From NCBI GenBank assembly GCA_963699545.1, contig CAVOUE010000006.1, positions 1-64,000 on the forward strand: 64,000 bases of DNA, read 5' to 3'. Positions 18,275-28,060 of this stretch are shown here, in pieces. A program made the translations under genes and the position numbers. The number at the start of each line of letters is the position of its first letter. The stretch's first letter is position 1. The notes beneath the pieces are model-generated. The model worked only from the letters and a program-made list of their open reading frames with translations. It was not told the DNA's origin and did no database searches. Source of the stretch: Nitrospirota bacterium. GTDB taxonomy: Bacteria; Nitrospirota; Thermodesulfovibrionia; Thermodesulfovibrionales; UBA9159.

Positions 18275-18638
18275 GGTTGTCGTAGACACCGGCGTCCTTA
18301 TCTCCGCGTTTGCCTTTGGAGGTGTTCCTGCGTCAGCGTTAAAGAGGGTATTTGCTGAGTCAACTATCTTTGTATCACCGGCGCTTCTCAACGAGTACCG
18401 CGAAGTTCCACTAAAGCTTGAATCAGAAGGGAAGATCGATCACCTCCAGCTCAAAGCTCTGCTTGCCGGTATCGCGGCCTTCGTAACGTCAGTGACGCTC
18501 GTTCATCCAGGACAGAAGCTCCTCATCTGCAGGGACCCTAAGGACGACTTCCTCATCACCGGAGATAAGGACCTCGTCGAAATAGATACCCTGCCTTTTA
18601 GACTGAAGATTCTATCGCCGGGCGCATTTTTGAAATAA
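18258..18638 (+). pseudogene. PIN-family toxin with lost start codon and probable internal deletion
   Basis: Open frame from ACG: RRRSKVVVDTGVLISA...ICRDPKD/DFLITGDKDL; absent from the ORF track. Confidence 0.7.
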
Positions 18639-18855
18639 CAAGCCAGCCTGTAAAAGGGCTGTGGGGACAGACTTGCTTATTGACATTCACCCCTATTGGA
18701 GGGAACTGTCGGCTAAGCCTCCTCGATGCCACATTGTATTCCTACACTCTTCCCACCTTTCCTTCCTCCAGGTCTCGCAGCGCCGGAGACACAGCTTCAA
18801 ATAGGCCTGTCTCAAAGAACGAAAAAACGCTATAATGTTCCCTGAGGACGGTACG

Positions 18856-19227
18856 ATGGACGCTCATGAAACACAGGGCCAGGGAACACCTTCCCCGGCA
18901 GACCCGCTCAAGCAGGCAAAGACGGTCACGATGATCGTCTACGCCCTCCAGGCAGGCTCCTTCGTCCTTGGCGTCACGATCATCGCGGCGATCATCATCA
19001 ACTATCTCAAAAGAGAAGATGTTCAGGGCACCTGGCTTGCCTCCCACTTTCGCTGGCAGATCAGGACCTTCTGGTTCGGCCTCCTCTGGGGCGCAGTCGG
19101 CGCCCTCACCGCGCTGGCGGGCATAGGCTTCGTTCTCCTCGGCGTCGACCTTATCTGGGTCATCTACAGGATCGTGAAGGGCTGGCTGCGGCTGAGCGAG
19201 GGAAGGGAAATGTACGCCGCGGCCTGA
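18856..19227 (+). CDS. DUF4870-like membrane protein
   Basis: IINYLKR....TWLASHFRWQIRTFW...YRIVKGW. Confidence 0.85.
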   Translation: MDAHETQGQGTPSPADPLKQAKTVTMIVYALQAGSFVLGVTIIAAIIINYLKREDVQGTWLASHFRWQIRTFWFGLLWGAVGALTALAGIGFVLLGVDLIWVIYRIVKGWLRLSEGREMYAAA

Positions 19228-19403
19228 ACGATCAGGGGCACCTCCCCTTTATTGTAAACCAAGGTTTTGCCGGGTTTCTCTTGTCAATCTGATTCTTAAA
19301 TTGTTATTCTTATAAAATATGACGATCTCTATCAATTCACTTGGCAATGACATTCCCGCGCGGCATGCGGTGAGTGTCGCCATACAATGCAAAGGACGAT
19401 GAT

Positions 19404-20579
19404 ATGTTACACCTGAAACGGCAGCTGCCCTACCGGCCCACGGAAAGGATGAACGTCGTAAGCTACCCGATACGCGACATCGTAATGGAGGCGAAGCGCG
19501 AGGAGGCAAAGGGCAAGAAGATGATCTATCTCAACATCGGCGACCCGCCCCAGTACGGCTTCCCGCCGTTCCGGGTGATAGCCGAGAGGGTGAAAAACGC
19601 GCTCGACGAGAACTGGAAAGGGTACGCCCCTTCCGAGGGCGACGAGGAGCTCAGGAATACCGTGGCAAAGATCGAGAAGTGCAGACCCGAGGATGTGTTT
19701 GCCGTTGCCGGCCTCACCGAGGGAATAGACTTCTTCTTCCATTCGTTCATCGGTTTCGGGGAGAAGGTGCTTCTTCCGAACCCGGTATATCCCCTCTACC
19801 TGAGCAAGGCGAAGCAGTTCGAGGGCGACAGCGTATTCTACCGGCACGATGAGAAGGGTCAGATAGACGTGGGAAATCTGGCGAAGAAGATCGAGGGCGC
19901 AAAGGCGATGGTGATCATCAACCCGAACAACCCGTTGGGCTCCGTCTACTCGGAAAAGAACCTCTCGGAGGTCGTGAAGCTCTGCGCTGAGTTCGATGTC
20001 CCCATATTTTACGACGGCTCCTATGACCAGTTGATACTGGAAGGCAGACAGGTGGACTTCAGAAAGATAGCAAGGGGCAAGGTGCCCTTTATATACGGCA
20101 GTTCGCTCTCAAAAGACTTCAGCTATACCGGCGCACGACTGGGATGGGTGACGTTCCATGGCGATAGATGGGCGGAGGTCAAGAATGCATTCTTTCTGCT
20201 CTGCAACCAGCGCCTCTCCGTAAACTGGGAGTACCAGAAGGCGGCTGCTGCCGCGCTGGTGCACCCGTCATATCCGGCATACATCGCAAACATAAAGGCG
20301 AAGCTCATCGAACGAAGGGACACGTTTGTGAAAATGGCAGGGAAGCTGCCGCTCTCATTCCCCGTTCCAAAGGGCGCGTTCTACGCATTCATTAAGATAG
20401 AGACAACGAAATGGAAGAAGGACGTGCACTTTGTGCGGGCTGCGCTGAAAGAAGGCGTCGTCTTTGTCCCTGGTTCAGGATTCGGACGGCAGGAGGATGG
20501 AGTGTATTTCAGGACCACGTTCCTGCCTGAGCCGCGCATAATAGAAGAGGCCTTCGCTAAGATCAGACGGATACTATGA
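19404..20579 (+). CDS. Class I/II PLP aminotransferase (AlaA/AspAT-like)
   Basis: LNIGDP, INPNNP.G, SLSK...TGARLGW, PKGAFY, VPGSGF. Confidence 0.9.
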   Translation: MLHLKRQLPYRPTERMNVVSYPIRDIVMEAKREEAKGKKMIYLNIGDPPQYGFPPFRVIAERVKNALDENWKGYAPSEGDEELRNTVAKIEKCRPEDVFAVAGLTEGIDFFFHSFIGFGEKVLLPNPVYPLYLSKAKQFEGDSVFYRHDEKGQIDVGNLAKKIEGAKAMVIINPNNPLGSVYSEKNLSEVVKLCAEFDVPIFYDGSYDQLILEGRQVDFRKIARGKVPFIYGSSLSKDFSYTGARLGWVTFHGDRWAEVKNAFFLLCNQRLSVNWEYQKAAAAALVHPSYPAYIANIKAKLIERRDTFVKMAGKLPLSFPVPKGAFYAFIKIETTKWKKDVHFVRAALKEGVVFVPGSGFGRQEDGVYFRTTFLPEPRIIEEAFAKIRRIL

Positions 20580-20637
20580 ACAGCTTCTTTACGGGATCGT
20601 AGAATACAGAGGGGCACAGAGCCGGCCATGCCTGCAC

Positions 20638-21375
20638 TTATAGTTTCATCCCCTTGAGCACCGCTTTTTTCCCGCCAAACCCAGGGCGCTGCTCGACAGA
20701 AAACCCCGCAGCGGTAAGCCCCCGCCGAACAGCTCCGGCAACAGTAAAGGTGGCGCAGGTCCCGCCGGTCACTGTTTTTTCTCCTATCGCCATAAGAAGC
20801 TCACGCCGCCACATGTCAGGGTTCTTCTTCGGTCCATGACCATCAAGGAACCATGCGTCACAGGGAATGGTGAGTGCATGGACCATTTCGAGGGCCTCCC
20901 CGATCCAGAGATTCAAGGTCAGGATGCCGAAAGGCCGGGTGAGTTGTATCCGGTGCCACCCCGGTCTGGAAATCTCGACGCGGCGGTAGGCCCGGACAAG
21001 CAGATCAATAAGCGGACCGGCCTCTGTTCTGAATCCCCCGAGAATGGACGCCATCCGCTCGGAAGTGACCGGATGCAGCTCAACGGAATTGTAGGTGATC
21101 GCCCTCTCCGTGATGCCGCGACTTGTCCAGAAAATCCATCAGGGCGATGAGGAGACGGCCCGCGCCGAAGCCTGTTTCACCTATCCTGAGCTCTTTCCTC
21201 CCCGGCCGGGCGGAAAGGATATCCATGATGCCGGCGCCCTGAAAGAAGATGTGCTTCGCTTCTTCAAGGGCATTGACCACGTCGAAATAGCGGTCGTCAT
21301 ACTGTTCGTTCACAAGATAGGGAGGGATCTGCACGGTCAGGTCAGGGAGATGATCATTGTCTGGGTCTCGGTCAT
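20638..21375 (-). CDS. Stand-alone MnmC methyltransferase domain (MnmD-like), frameshifted
   Basis: YDDRYF, IGETGFGAG, DAWFLDG..P.KNPDMW, ATFT.AG.VRRGL. Confidence 0.8.
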
Positions 21376-21437
21376 AGAAACCTCACATGCAATTTTACCA
21401 CGGGAGAAACAAAAAGGGGACAGGCTGTTTTAACAGG

Positions 21438-21498
21438 GGACGCAGCATCACACCTTTCATCACTCTTTAAGCTCCTCCTTGCCTCGTACTATCCCTGC
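21438..21498 (+). repeat. Direct repeat left of the relBE-like module (partner at 22278-22340)
   Basis: First 37 bp match at 33/37; GGGACAGGCT at 21417 just upstream. Confidence 0.85.
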
Positions 21499-21632
21499 TC
21501 TGCCAATAGTGTGAATATAGATTCGTGTACATGGTGTTCCGTCTGACAGGAATATGCGTGTTTACCTCTTTCCCTGTCTTTTGTATGGTGTGCTATTTGT
21601 GTTACACTATGAAAAAGACAAAGGAGGTGTGT

Positions 21633-21860
21633 ATGCCTACGAAAAACCCCCGCATAAATGTCGTTTTGAATCCGCGTATTTATGCTGATGTGCAGACCCT
21701 TTCAGAAGCAAGAGGGCTTTCGATGTCTTCCGTTGTCGAGGACCTCATCGAAGACGCGCTGGAGATTCAGGAGGACCTCGCTTTGGCTGCGCTTGCGGAT
21801 GAGAGGAAGAAGTCTCTCAAAAAGTCGGAGCTTGTTTCTCATAAAAAGGCCTGGAGCTGA
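21633..21860 (+). CDS. RHH-type antitoxin
   Basis: MPTKNPRINVVL...SMSSVV.DLI..ALE..ED. Confidence 0.8.
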   Translation: MPTKNPRINVVLNPRIYADVQTLSEARGLSMSSVVEDLIEDALEIQEDLALAALADERKKSLKKSELVSHKKAWS

Positions 21861-21861
21861 A

Positions 21862-22143
21862 GTGTCGTTTACTATCAGCTATCACAAGGAAGTTGTGAAG
21901 CATGATATCCCTGCGTTACCCGCTGCTATGAAGCTTCGGATAAAGAGCACTATCGAAACAAAGCTTACCACGCATCCCGAACAGTATGCCGTGCCGTTGA
22001 GAAGGACGCTGAAAGGATACTGGAAGCTCCGCGTCGGCGACTACCGTGTTGTTTTTGAATTCGACCGTTCGATAATCATAGTTCTTGGTATCGGCCACCG
22101 GAAGGACATCTATGATCGAGTGAAAAGCCGCATCGGTGCTTAA
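21862..22143 (+). CDS. RelE/StbE family toxin
   Basis: PLRRTLKGYWKLRVGDYRVVF...IGHRKDIY. Confidence 0.9.
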   Translation: MSFTISYHKEVVKHDIPALPAAMKLRIKSTIETKLTTHPEQYAVPLRRTLKGYWKLRVGDYRVVFEFDRSIIIVLGIGHRKDIYDRVKSRIGA

Positions 22144-22385
22144 ATTGGATGTTCTTTCACTTGTCAGCAGTGCTTGTTCGAATGGATACTGAGAGTATTC
22201 GCGCCAAAATAAACAACGCCGCCTGAAAAGAGCTATCCCGCTGCTTCTCCGTCCATCAGGGAGAAGAGCCGTCCAGAGGACGCAGGATCACACCCTTCAT
22301 TCCTCTTTAAGCTCTCCCCCTCTTCTGCTACTATATCTGCAATGACTCCCAAGAATACATATATCTGCTTCCCCTGTCTCGCACG

Positions 22386-22880
22386 ATGAGCCCGAACAAG
22401 ATATGTCCTGGTTGCGGTACCGAGTACCTCCCGCACGTCGGAAAGTGCGCTGACTGCGGCGCGGTCCTCCTCTTTCCCGGGGAGCTCAAGGAGGCGCAGG
22501 AGGAGAAGGAACGGCTCATGGAGAAGGCCGTTGAGGACGAGGTCGTGGTCCGGGAAGGTGACCTGAAGTGGATGAGTGAATTGTACGCGGTCCTCATCGA
22601 CGCCGGCATTCCCTGCACCGTCCGTTCCGATGCGGGCTGCAGGAAAAGCCGCTGCGGCGATAAATGCCGTTTGGTCGTGTCGCGGGAGGACTATGAACAG
22701 GCGCAGGAGCGGATTGAGGAATACTTCATGGAAATGCATCCCGAGATCCGCGCTTCCCACGAACTGGTCAGCGCGGGCAAATGCCCTGCCTGTGGTTCCT
22801 CCGTCGGCCCCGGCGACCGCGAGTGCACCGATTGCGGCCTGACGCTCGTCATTATTGAGGAAGACGGAGAGAAAAGCTGA
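22386..22880 (+). CDS. Double zinc-ribbon protein
   Basis: CPGC..CADC at the N-terminus; CPAC..CTDC at the C-terminus. Confidence 0.75.
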   Translation: MSPNKICPGCGTEYLPHVGKCADCGAVLLFPGELKEAQEEKERLMEKAVEDEVVVREGDLKWMSELYAVLIDAGIPCTVRSDAGCRKSRCGDKCRLVVSREDYEQAQERIEEYFMEMHPEIRASHELVSAGKCPACGSSVGPGDRECTDCGLTLVIIEEDGEKS

Positions 22881-22934
22881 GCAGCTGATCCGTGTTCTCG
22901 TGAAACACAGCCTGCCGTCACGGTATAATACCCT

Positions 22935-23930
22935 ATGGACAGGATCGTGCGGATCGCGTCGGTGGTGCTCCTGTTGTTCTCTGCAGCGTTCGGCACGGCA
23001 TCCGACAACATCTATTCCAATCCCGTCCTCGTCGATACATACTCAATTAACCGTCCAAAGCCCGCGCGATACGTCGGCACGCTCGGCATAGGCGATCCGG
23101 CCGTCATTTTGTACGGAGGAAGATATTATCTCTACCCGACCGGGGACAACCACAGCTACCACGTCTACCTGTCCGACGACCTGGTCCACTGGTCCAAGGG
23201 GCCGAAGGTGTTCCGGAGCAGCGAGACCGGAGTATGGGCGCCTGACGTCTTCTTCAACCGGGATGACGGCATGTTCTATCTCTACTACACGGTGAACGGC
23301 AGGATCGGCATTGCTGAAGCAGACCGTCCCGACCGGGAGTTCAGAGACCTGGGGGACCTGATCAGCAACGGGATAGACGCGCACATGTTTCGCGACGACG
23401 ACGGTTCATATTTCCTCTATTACGCCCGGTACCCGGAATTCGCGATATTTGTCCAGCCCATGGCGACCCCTGTCCGGAAGAAGGGTGAGCCCGTTCAGGT
23501 CATCTCCCCTTCCGAGGCATGGGAGATGAGAAATGTACCGGTCACCGAGGCCCCATGGCTGCTCAAACACCAGAGCGTCTATTACCTCCTGTACTCCGGG
23601 GGCAGTGCGGATACGGAGCATTACGCCATCGGGTACGCAACGGCAAAGAACCCTTCCGGTCCCTTCACCAAGTATCCGGGAAATCCTATCATCCGAACGG
23701 AGGGCGGCGTCCTCGGGCCGGGGCACGTGAGCGTCACACGGGACCGGGAGGGGAAACTCTGGATGGTCTATCACCAGCAGAAGGATAAGACACCGGGCTG
23801 GAACAGGATAATCTGCATCGACCCTCTCTGGTTCGACGAGAAGGGTGTCCTCCATGGGAAGGCCTCACGGGCGACGCCCCGGCTCGCGCCTGTGACGGCA
23901 GGGAAGACCGGGGAAACGGCACGGAAATGA
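22935..23930 (+). CDS. Glycoside hydrolase family 43
   Basis: GDPAVI, WAPDV, IDAHMF.DDDG, TEAPW, GPGH. Confidence 0.9.
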   Translation: MDRIVRIASVVLLLFSAAFGTASDNIYSNPVLVDTYSINRPKPARYVGTLGIGDPAVILYGGRYYLYPTGDNHSYHVYLSDDLVHWSKGPKVFRSSETGVWAPDVFFNRDDGMFYLYYTVNGRIGIAEADRPDREFRDLGDLISNGIDAHMFRDDDGSYFLYYARYPEFAIFVQPMATPVRKKGEPVQVISPSEAWEMRNVPVTEAPWLLKHQSVYYLLYSGGSADTEHYAIGYATAKNPSGPFTKYPGNPIIRTEGGVLGPGHVSVTRDREGKLWMVYHQQKDKTPGWNRIICIDPLWFDEKGVLHGKASRATPRLAPVTAGKTGETARK

Positions 23931-23951
23931 ATGGTGACACAAACCGCTCCG

Positions 23952-24482
23952 CTACTTTTTGGGTAATGCCGGCCGTCTTTGGTAGAGCCTTCCGACTTCT
24001 CTCAGAATATCTTCTTTCAGCTTCGCGAGTTCTTCCCTGAAGGCTTCGTTCGCCAGTATCTCATCAGGAAGCGAGTCGAACCTCCTGGCGATCGCCTCCT
24101 CGAGAAGCTCACTGGCCTGCCTCCCCTGCTGGTCGATTGACGCCTGGGTATTTGCCGTTACTTCGATGAGCAGGTTCATCTGTTCGTTGTTCACGGCCAG
24201 CCTCTGGTCGATCGAGCCGAGCGCAAAGAGCATCTGGTCGAGCCTGTCGGCGCTCAGCCTTGAGGAGATCGCGGTGAACTGGGCGATATCCACGATCTGC
24301 CCCTCGCAGACGCCGGGCAACGCAACATCTCTCGACGGTACCCAGTTGCCGATACAGACCTGCGATCCTCCCGGACCGGTCAAAAAGGTATACCCCTCGG
24401 CTATTTGAGCCTCGGACCTGACCGGAAATGCACCCCCGATAAAAACAACCATCCAGATCGCAGCTATGTAGATCGTCTTCAT
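23952..24482 (-). CDS. Secreted hypothetical protein
   Basis: RBS GGAGG, signal peptide MKTIYIAA, coiled-coil-like C-terminus. Confidence 0.6.
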   Translation of the reverse strand: MKTIYIAAIWMVVFIGGAFPVRSEAQIAEGYTFLTGPGGSQVCIGNWVPSRDVALPGVCEGQIVDIAQFTAISSRLSADRLDQMLFALGSIDQRLAVNNEQMNLLIEVTANTQASIDQQGRQASELLEEAIARRFDSLPDEILANEAFREELAKLKEDILREVGRLYQRRPALPKK

Positions 24483-24619
24483 TGTCCCTCCAGCCAGATT
24501 TGAAACGCTGGGCAGCGCACTGACCAGCCTCTTATACTTACTTATACCACAGAACAGGTGCCTTGTCTTCAGGTGCGGAAGAGGCGACACGGTCTGACCG
24601 GACCTGATACAATGGGCAT

Positions 24620-25282
24620 ATGGCAACGTATCACTGGCCCGGGGATATTCCATCTGCAAGGCGGCTGCAGAACGAGCTGAGCAAAAAGGTAAGGATACAT
24701 CCTCTTCAGAAGCGCCCCTCATACATAGCAGGGGTCGATGCCGCATTTCATGGAGAATTGGTCATCGCTGTCGCTTCTCTTTTTGCGTATCCTTCACTGC
24801 TCCCCATAGTCGATGCTGTTTCACGAGAACCTGTCGGGTTCCCTTATGTTCCGGGGTTTCTCAGCTTCAGGGAAGGTCACGCGTTCATCAGTGCGATAAG
24901 GAAATTAAGGCCTGTTCCCGATGTAATCATTGTTGACGGACATGGGATCGCCCATCCTCTGAGGTGCGGTATCGCATCACATATCGGGGTGCTGCTTGAC
25001 ATCCCTGCGATCGGCTGCGCAAAGTCAAGGCTTGTAGGTGAGTATTCCGACCCCGGCCGGGAAAAGGGACAATGGACACCCCTCATGTACAAAAAGGAAC
25101 GGGTCGGAGCGGTGCTGAGGACGCGGGATAATGTTAAACCGGTCTTTGTTTCACCGGGGCATCGTATAGACCTGCACTCATCCGTGGCGATCGTGCTTCA
25201 GTCCCTGACCCAGTACAGGCTTCCGGAGCCGATGAGGAGGGCCGACCGTCGTACAAAGGAATTGATCAGAGAAACCACATAG
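24620..25282 (+). CDS. nfi: Endonuclease V
   Basis: IAGVD, PYVPGFLSFRE, DGHGIAHP, GCAKS, VSPGH. Confidence 0.95.
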   Translation: MATYHWPGDIPSARRLQNELSKKVRIHPLQKRPSYIAGVDAAFHGELVIAVASLFAYPSLLPIVDAVSREPVGFPYVPGFLSFREGHAFISAIRKLRPVPDVIIVDGHGIAHPLRCGIASHIGVLLDIPAIGCAKSRLVGEYSDPGREKGQWTPLMYKKERVGAVLRTRDNVKPVFVSPGHRIDLHSSVAIVLQSLTQYRLPEPMRRADRRTKELIRETT

Positions 25283-25349
25283 GGTCATTCTGTTCGGAAA
25301 CGACACATCACGGACAGTATGAGCGGTTTGTGCTAGAATAATCCAGACT

Positions 25350-26276
25350 ATGCAAGCAGCCGCCATTGACGTAGGCTCCAACACGCTCAGACTGCTCATC
25401 GGTGATGTTCACGGCAACACCCTCTCCCGCATACACACTGATCGCGCCGTCACACGGCTTGCCGAAGGGATCGGGGATACGGGGATCCTGAGACAGGAGA
25501 ACATCAGGAGATCCGTCGCTGTCCTGAAGGCCTTCTCGCGTTCCATCTCGGAACACGGGGTGACCCGTGTGGAAGCGGTGGGCACCAGCGCCCTCAGGGA
25601 TGCAGGGAACAGCCGTGAGCTTCTGGATATGGCCTTGCAGGAAACAGGGATAGGGATCAGGGTCATATCAGGGATGAGGGAAGCGGAGCTCACGGTCAAG
25701 GGGATACTCATGGGAGCACAAGGGGAGAACGGCGTTTCGCTGATCATCGACATCGGCGGCGGGAGTACGGAATGGATACTCTCTCATGAGTCTCCCCTCT
25801 GCGGTTCCCTTCATATCGGCGTGGTCGGTCTCTCTGAGCGGTTCATCACGTCAGATCCCCCGTCCTCTGCCGACATCGCATCGGTCATCAGGGAGATCGA
25901 TGCACACCTCCTTCCCCTGAAGCGGGAGATCACCGGCCGCGCCCTCCCGGTGAAGGACTTCATCGGGACAGGCGGGACCATCACCACCCTGGCGGCGATG
26001 GACCTTCAGCTGAGAGAGTACGACCCCGGAAAAGTGCATCTGCACAGAATACCGCTCCGGCGGCTTTCCTCTCTCAGGGACATGCTCGTCTCGCTGCCCG
26101 TGGACAGGAGGCGGGATGTCAGGGGCCTTGAACCGGAAAGGGCCGACTTGATTATCCCCGGCATTCTGCTTACAATTAGACTCATGGATTTTGGCGGGTT
26201 CCGTGAGGTCATCGTGAGCGACCACGGACTGCTTGAGGGACTTATAAAGGAGATGAACGATGAAAACGGTGTTTAA
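25350..26276 (+). CDS. ppx: Ppx/GppA phosphatase
   Basis: AAIDVGSNT.RL, TSALRDA.N, DIGGGSTE, RADLI. Confidence 0.9.
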   Translation: MQAAAIDVGSNTLRLLIGDVHGNTLSRIHTDRAVTRLAEGIGDTGILRQENIRRSVAVLKAFSRSISEHGVTRVEAVGTSALRDAGNSRELLDMALQETGIGIRVISGMREAELTVKGILMGAQGENGVSLIIDIGGGSTEWILSHESPLCGSLHIGVVGLSERFITSDPPSSADIASVIREIDAHLLPLKREITGRALPVKDFIGTGGTITTLAAMDLQLREYDPGKVHLHRIPLRRLSSLRDMLVSLPVDRRRDVRGLEPERADLIIPGILLTIRLMDFGGFREVIVSDHGLLEGLIKEMNDENGV

Positions 26277-27009
26277 CAGACCGAAGAGCCTGAAACCTGC
26301 ACCCTTCAGATACTGTCCGGGGTGCGGACACAGCCTCATCCACAGGCTTATCGCAGAGTGCATCGACGTCCTCGGATACGGGAGCGCGTGATCGGGATCG
26401 CGCCCGTCGGCTGCGCCGTCTTTGCGTACGATTACTTCAATTTCGATATGCTGGAGGTCGCCCATGGCAGGCCACCGGCGGCGGCTACGGGGATGAAACG
26501 GGTCTTGCAGGACAGGATAATCTTCTCCTATCAGGGTGACGGGAGATCTGGCAGCGATCGGGACAGGCGAGATCATACACGCGGCAGCGCGGGGGGAGAA
26601 CATTACCGTGTTCTTTGTCAATAACGCCACCTACGGCATGACCGGCGGCCAGATGGCCCCCACAACGCTTCTTGGCCAGAGGACCACCACGACCACCAGG
26701 GGAAGGGAAGCGGCCCACGCCGGATATCCCCTTCGCGTGTCGGAAATGCTCGCCACCATCGAGGGCGCATCGCTCATTGCCAGGACCTCGGTGGATTCGC
26801 CGAAGAACCTGCTGAAGACAAGATCGCTCATCGAGAAGGCGTTCAGATATCAGATGGACAACAAGGGGTTCAGTCTGGTGGAGATACTGTCACCCTGCCC
26901 CACGGACTGGGGGCTCTCCCCTGAAGACTCGGCGAAATGGATCCGGTCGGATATGATGTCGGTTTACCCGCTCGGCACCCTGAAGGACAAATACGCGGAG
27001 GAAGGGTGA
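26260..27009 (+). CDS. 2-oxoacid:ferredoxin oxidoreductase beta subunit, frameshifted
   Basis: [48 protein letters not shown]. Confidence 0.9.
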
Positions 27010-27605
27010 AAGAGGTCACGATACTGGTGGCGGGTTTCGGAGGGCAGGGAGTGCTCCTCCTGGGAAGGCTGATCGCCTACGGGGGGATGATGGAGGGCAA
27101 GGATGTCACCTGTTTCCCTTCCTACGGAGCGGAGATGCGCGGAGGAACTGCCAATTCAACGGTCATTGTTTCGGATGAGATGATAGGCTCTCCCATTGTG
27201 GGCAACCCCGATATCTTCATCGCCATGAACGAGGCGTCCCTGAAACGGTTCCAGCCGAAGGTCAGGGTGAACGGGCTGCTCATCTATGATTCTTCCCTGA
27301 TAAAGTCGCCGGAGATCCGGCATGACCTGTCTGCCGTGGGTATCCCTGCGACGGTGATCGCAGCATCGGTCGGGGGGAAAGAGCCCTCCCACAAGGCGGC
27401 TCTTTCCGCCACTCAGGTGAGGTCCGCCAATATGGTCATGCTCGGCGCGCTGCTGGGCGAGACCGGGATACTGAAGACGGAGAGCGTGATGAACGCTCTG
27501 GAGCGGTTAACGTCCGCAAAGAACAGGAAGACCCTGGACGGCAACAAAGAGGCCATCAGGAAGGGGATACAGTACATTGAAGATAAGAAAAGCGACCATC
27601 GCTGA
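27006..27605 (+). CDS. 2-oxoacid:ferredoxin oxidoreductase gamma subunit
   Basis: AGFGGQG, PSYGAEMRGG, ANMVMLGA. Confidence 0.9.
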   Translation: MKEVTILVAGFGGQGVLLLGRLIAYGGMMEGKDVTCFPSYGAEMRGGTANSTVIVSDEMIGSPIVGNPDIFIAMNEASLKRFQPKVRVNGLLIYDSSLIKSPEIRHDLSAVGIPATVIAASVGGKEPSHKAALSATQVRSANMVMLGALLGETGILKTESVMNALERLTSAKNRKTLDGNKEAIRKGIQYIEDKKSDHR

Positions 27606-28050
27606 CGCACGATCCATTCACCGGCTGATCAACGGGTTCGCAAAGCAGGGAGAGATGATACCCCGGTCCCTGAACGACCTGTACGAGAACATACGGGACA
27701 TCTTCGTCTGTGAAGACCGGGGAGAGATCAAGGGAGCCTGCGCCCTCCATATCCTATGGGAAGACCTGGCGGAGATACGGTCCCTTTCCGTGACACTGGA
27801 CTCCCAGGGAACCGGCATCGGCAGGCGGCTCGTGGACGCCTGCGTGAAAGAGGCGGAGAAGCTCGGCATCGGGAAGATCTTCGCCCTCACTTATCACGCC
27901 GACTTCTTCAGGAAGATCGGCTTCGCAGAGATCGACAAGTCAGAGCTTCCCCAGAAGATATGGGGAGAGTGCCTGAGATGTCCGAAGTTCCCGGAGTGTG
28001 ACGAGACCACGGTGATACGGGTGCTGCGGGGGAAAAAAGTCACCGCGTAA
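27577..28050 (+). CDS. GNAT acetyltransferase (short ArgA-like)
   Basis: LAEIRSLSV...G.GIG, FALTY, LPQKIW.EC..CPKFP.CDE. Confidence 0.85.
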   Translation: MKIRKATIADARSIHRLINGFAKQGEMIPRSLNDLYENIRDIFVCEDRGEIKGACALHILWEDLAEIRSLSVTLDSQGTGIGRRLVDACVKEAEKLGIGKIFALTYHADFFRKIGFAEIDKSELPQKIWGECLRCPKFPECDETTVIRVLRGKKVTA

Positions 28051-28060
28051 GACGCACCGA

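Noticed and set aside
18663-18812. GGGGACAGAC...GCCTGTCTC segment as a transposase remnant or MITE
   Set aside because: The inverted match is short and imperfect, and no transposase-like peptide is recognisable.
4601-21426. Recurrent motifs as a CRISPR array
   Set aside because: Spacing is irregular and kb-scale, orientations are mixed, and no cas genes are present.
6794-22143. TA array as a classical superintegron
   Set aside because: No intI and no regularly spaced attC sites seen; genes lie on both strands with their own promoters.
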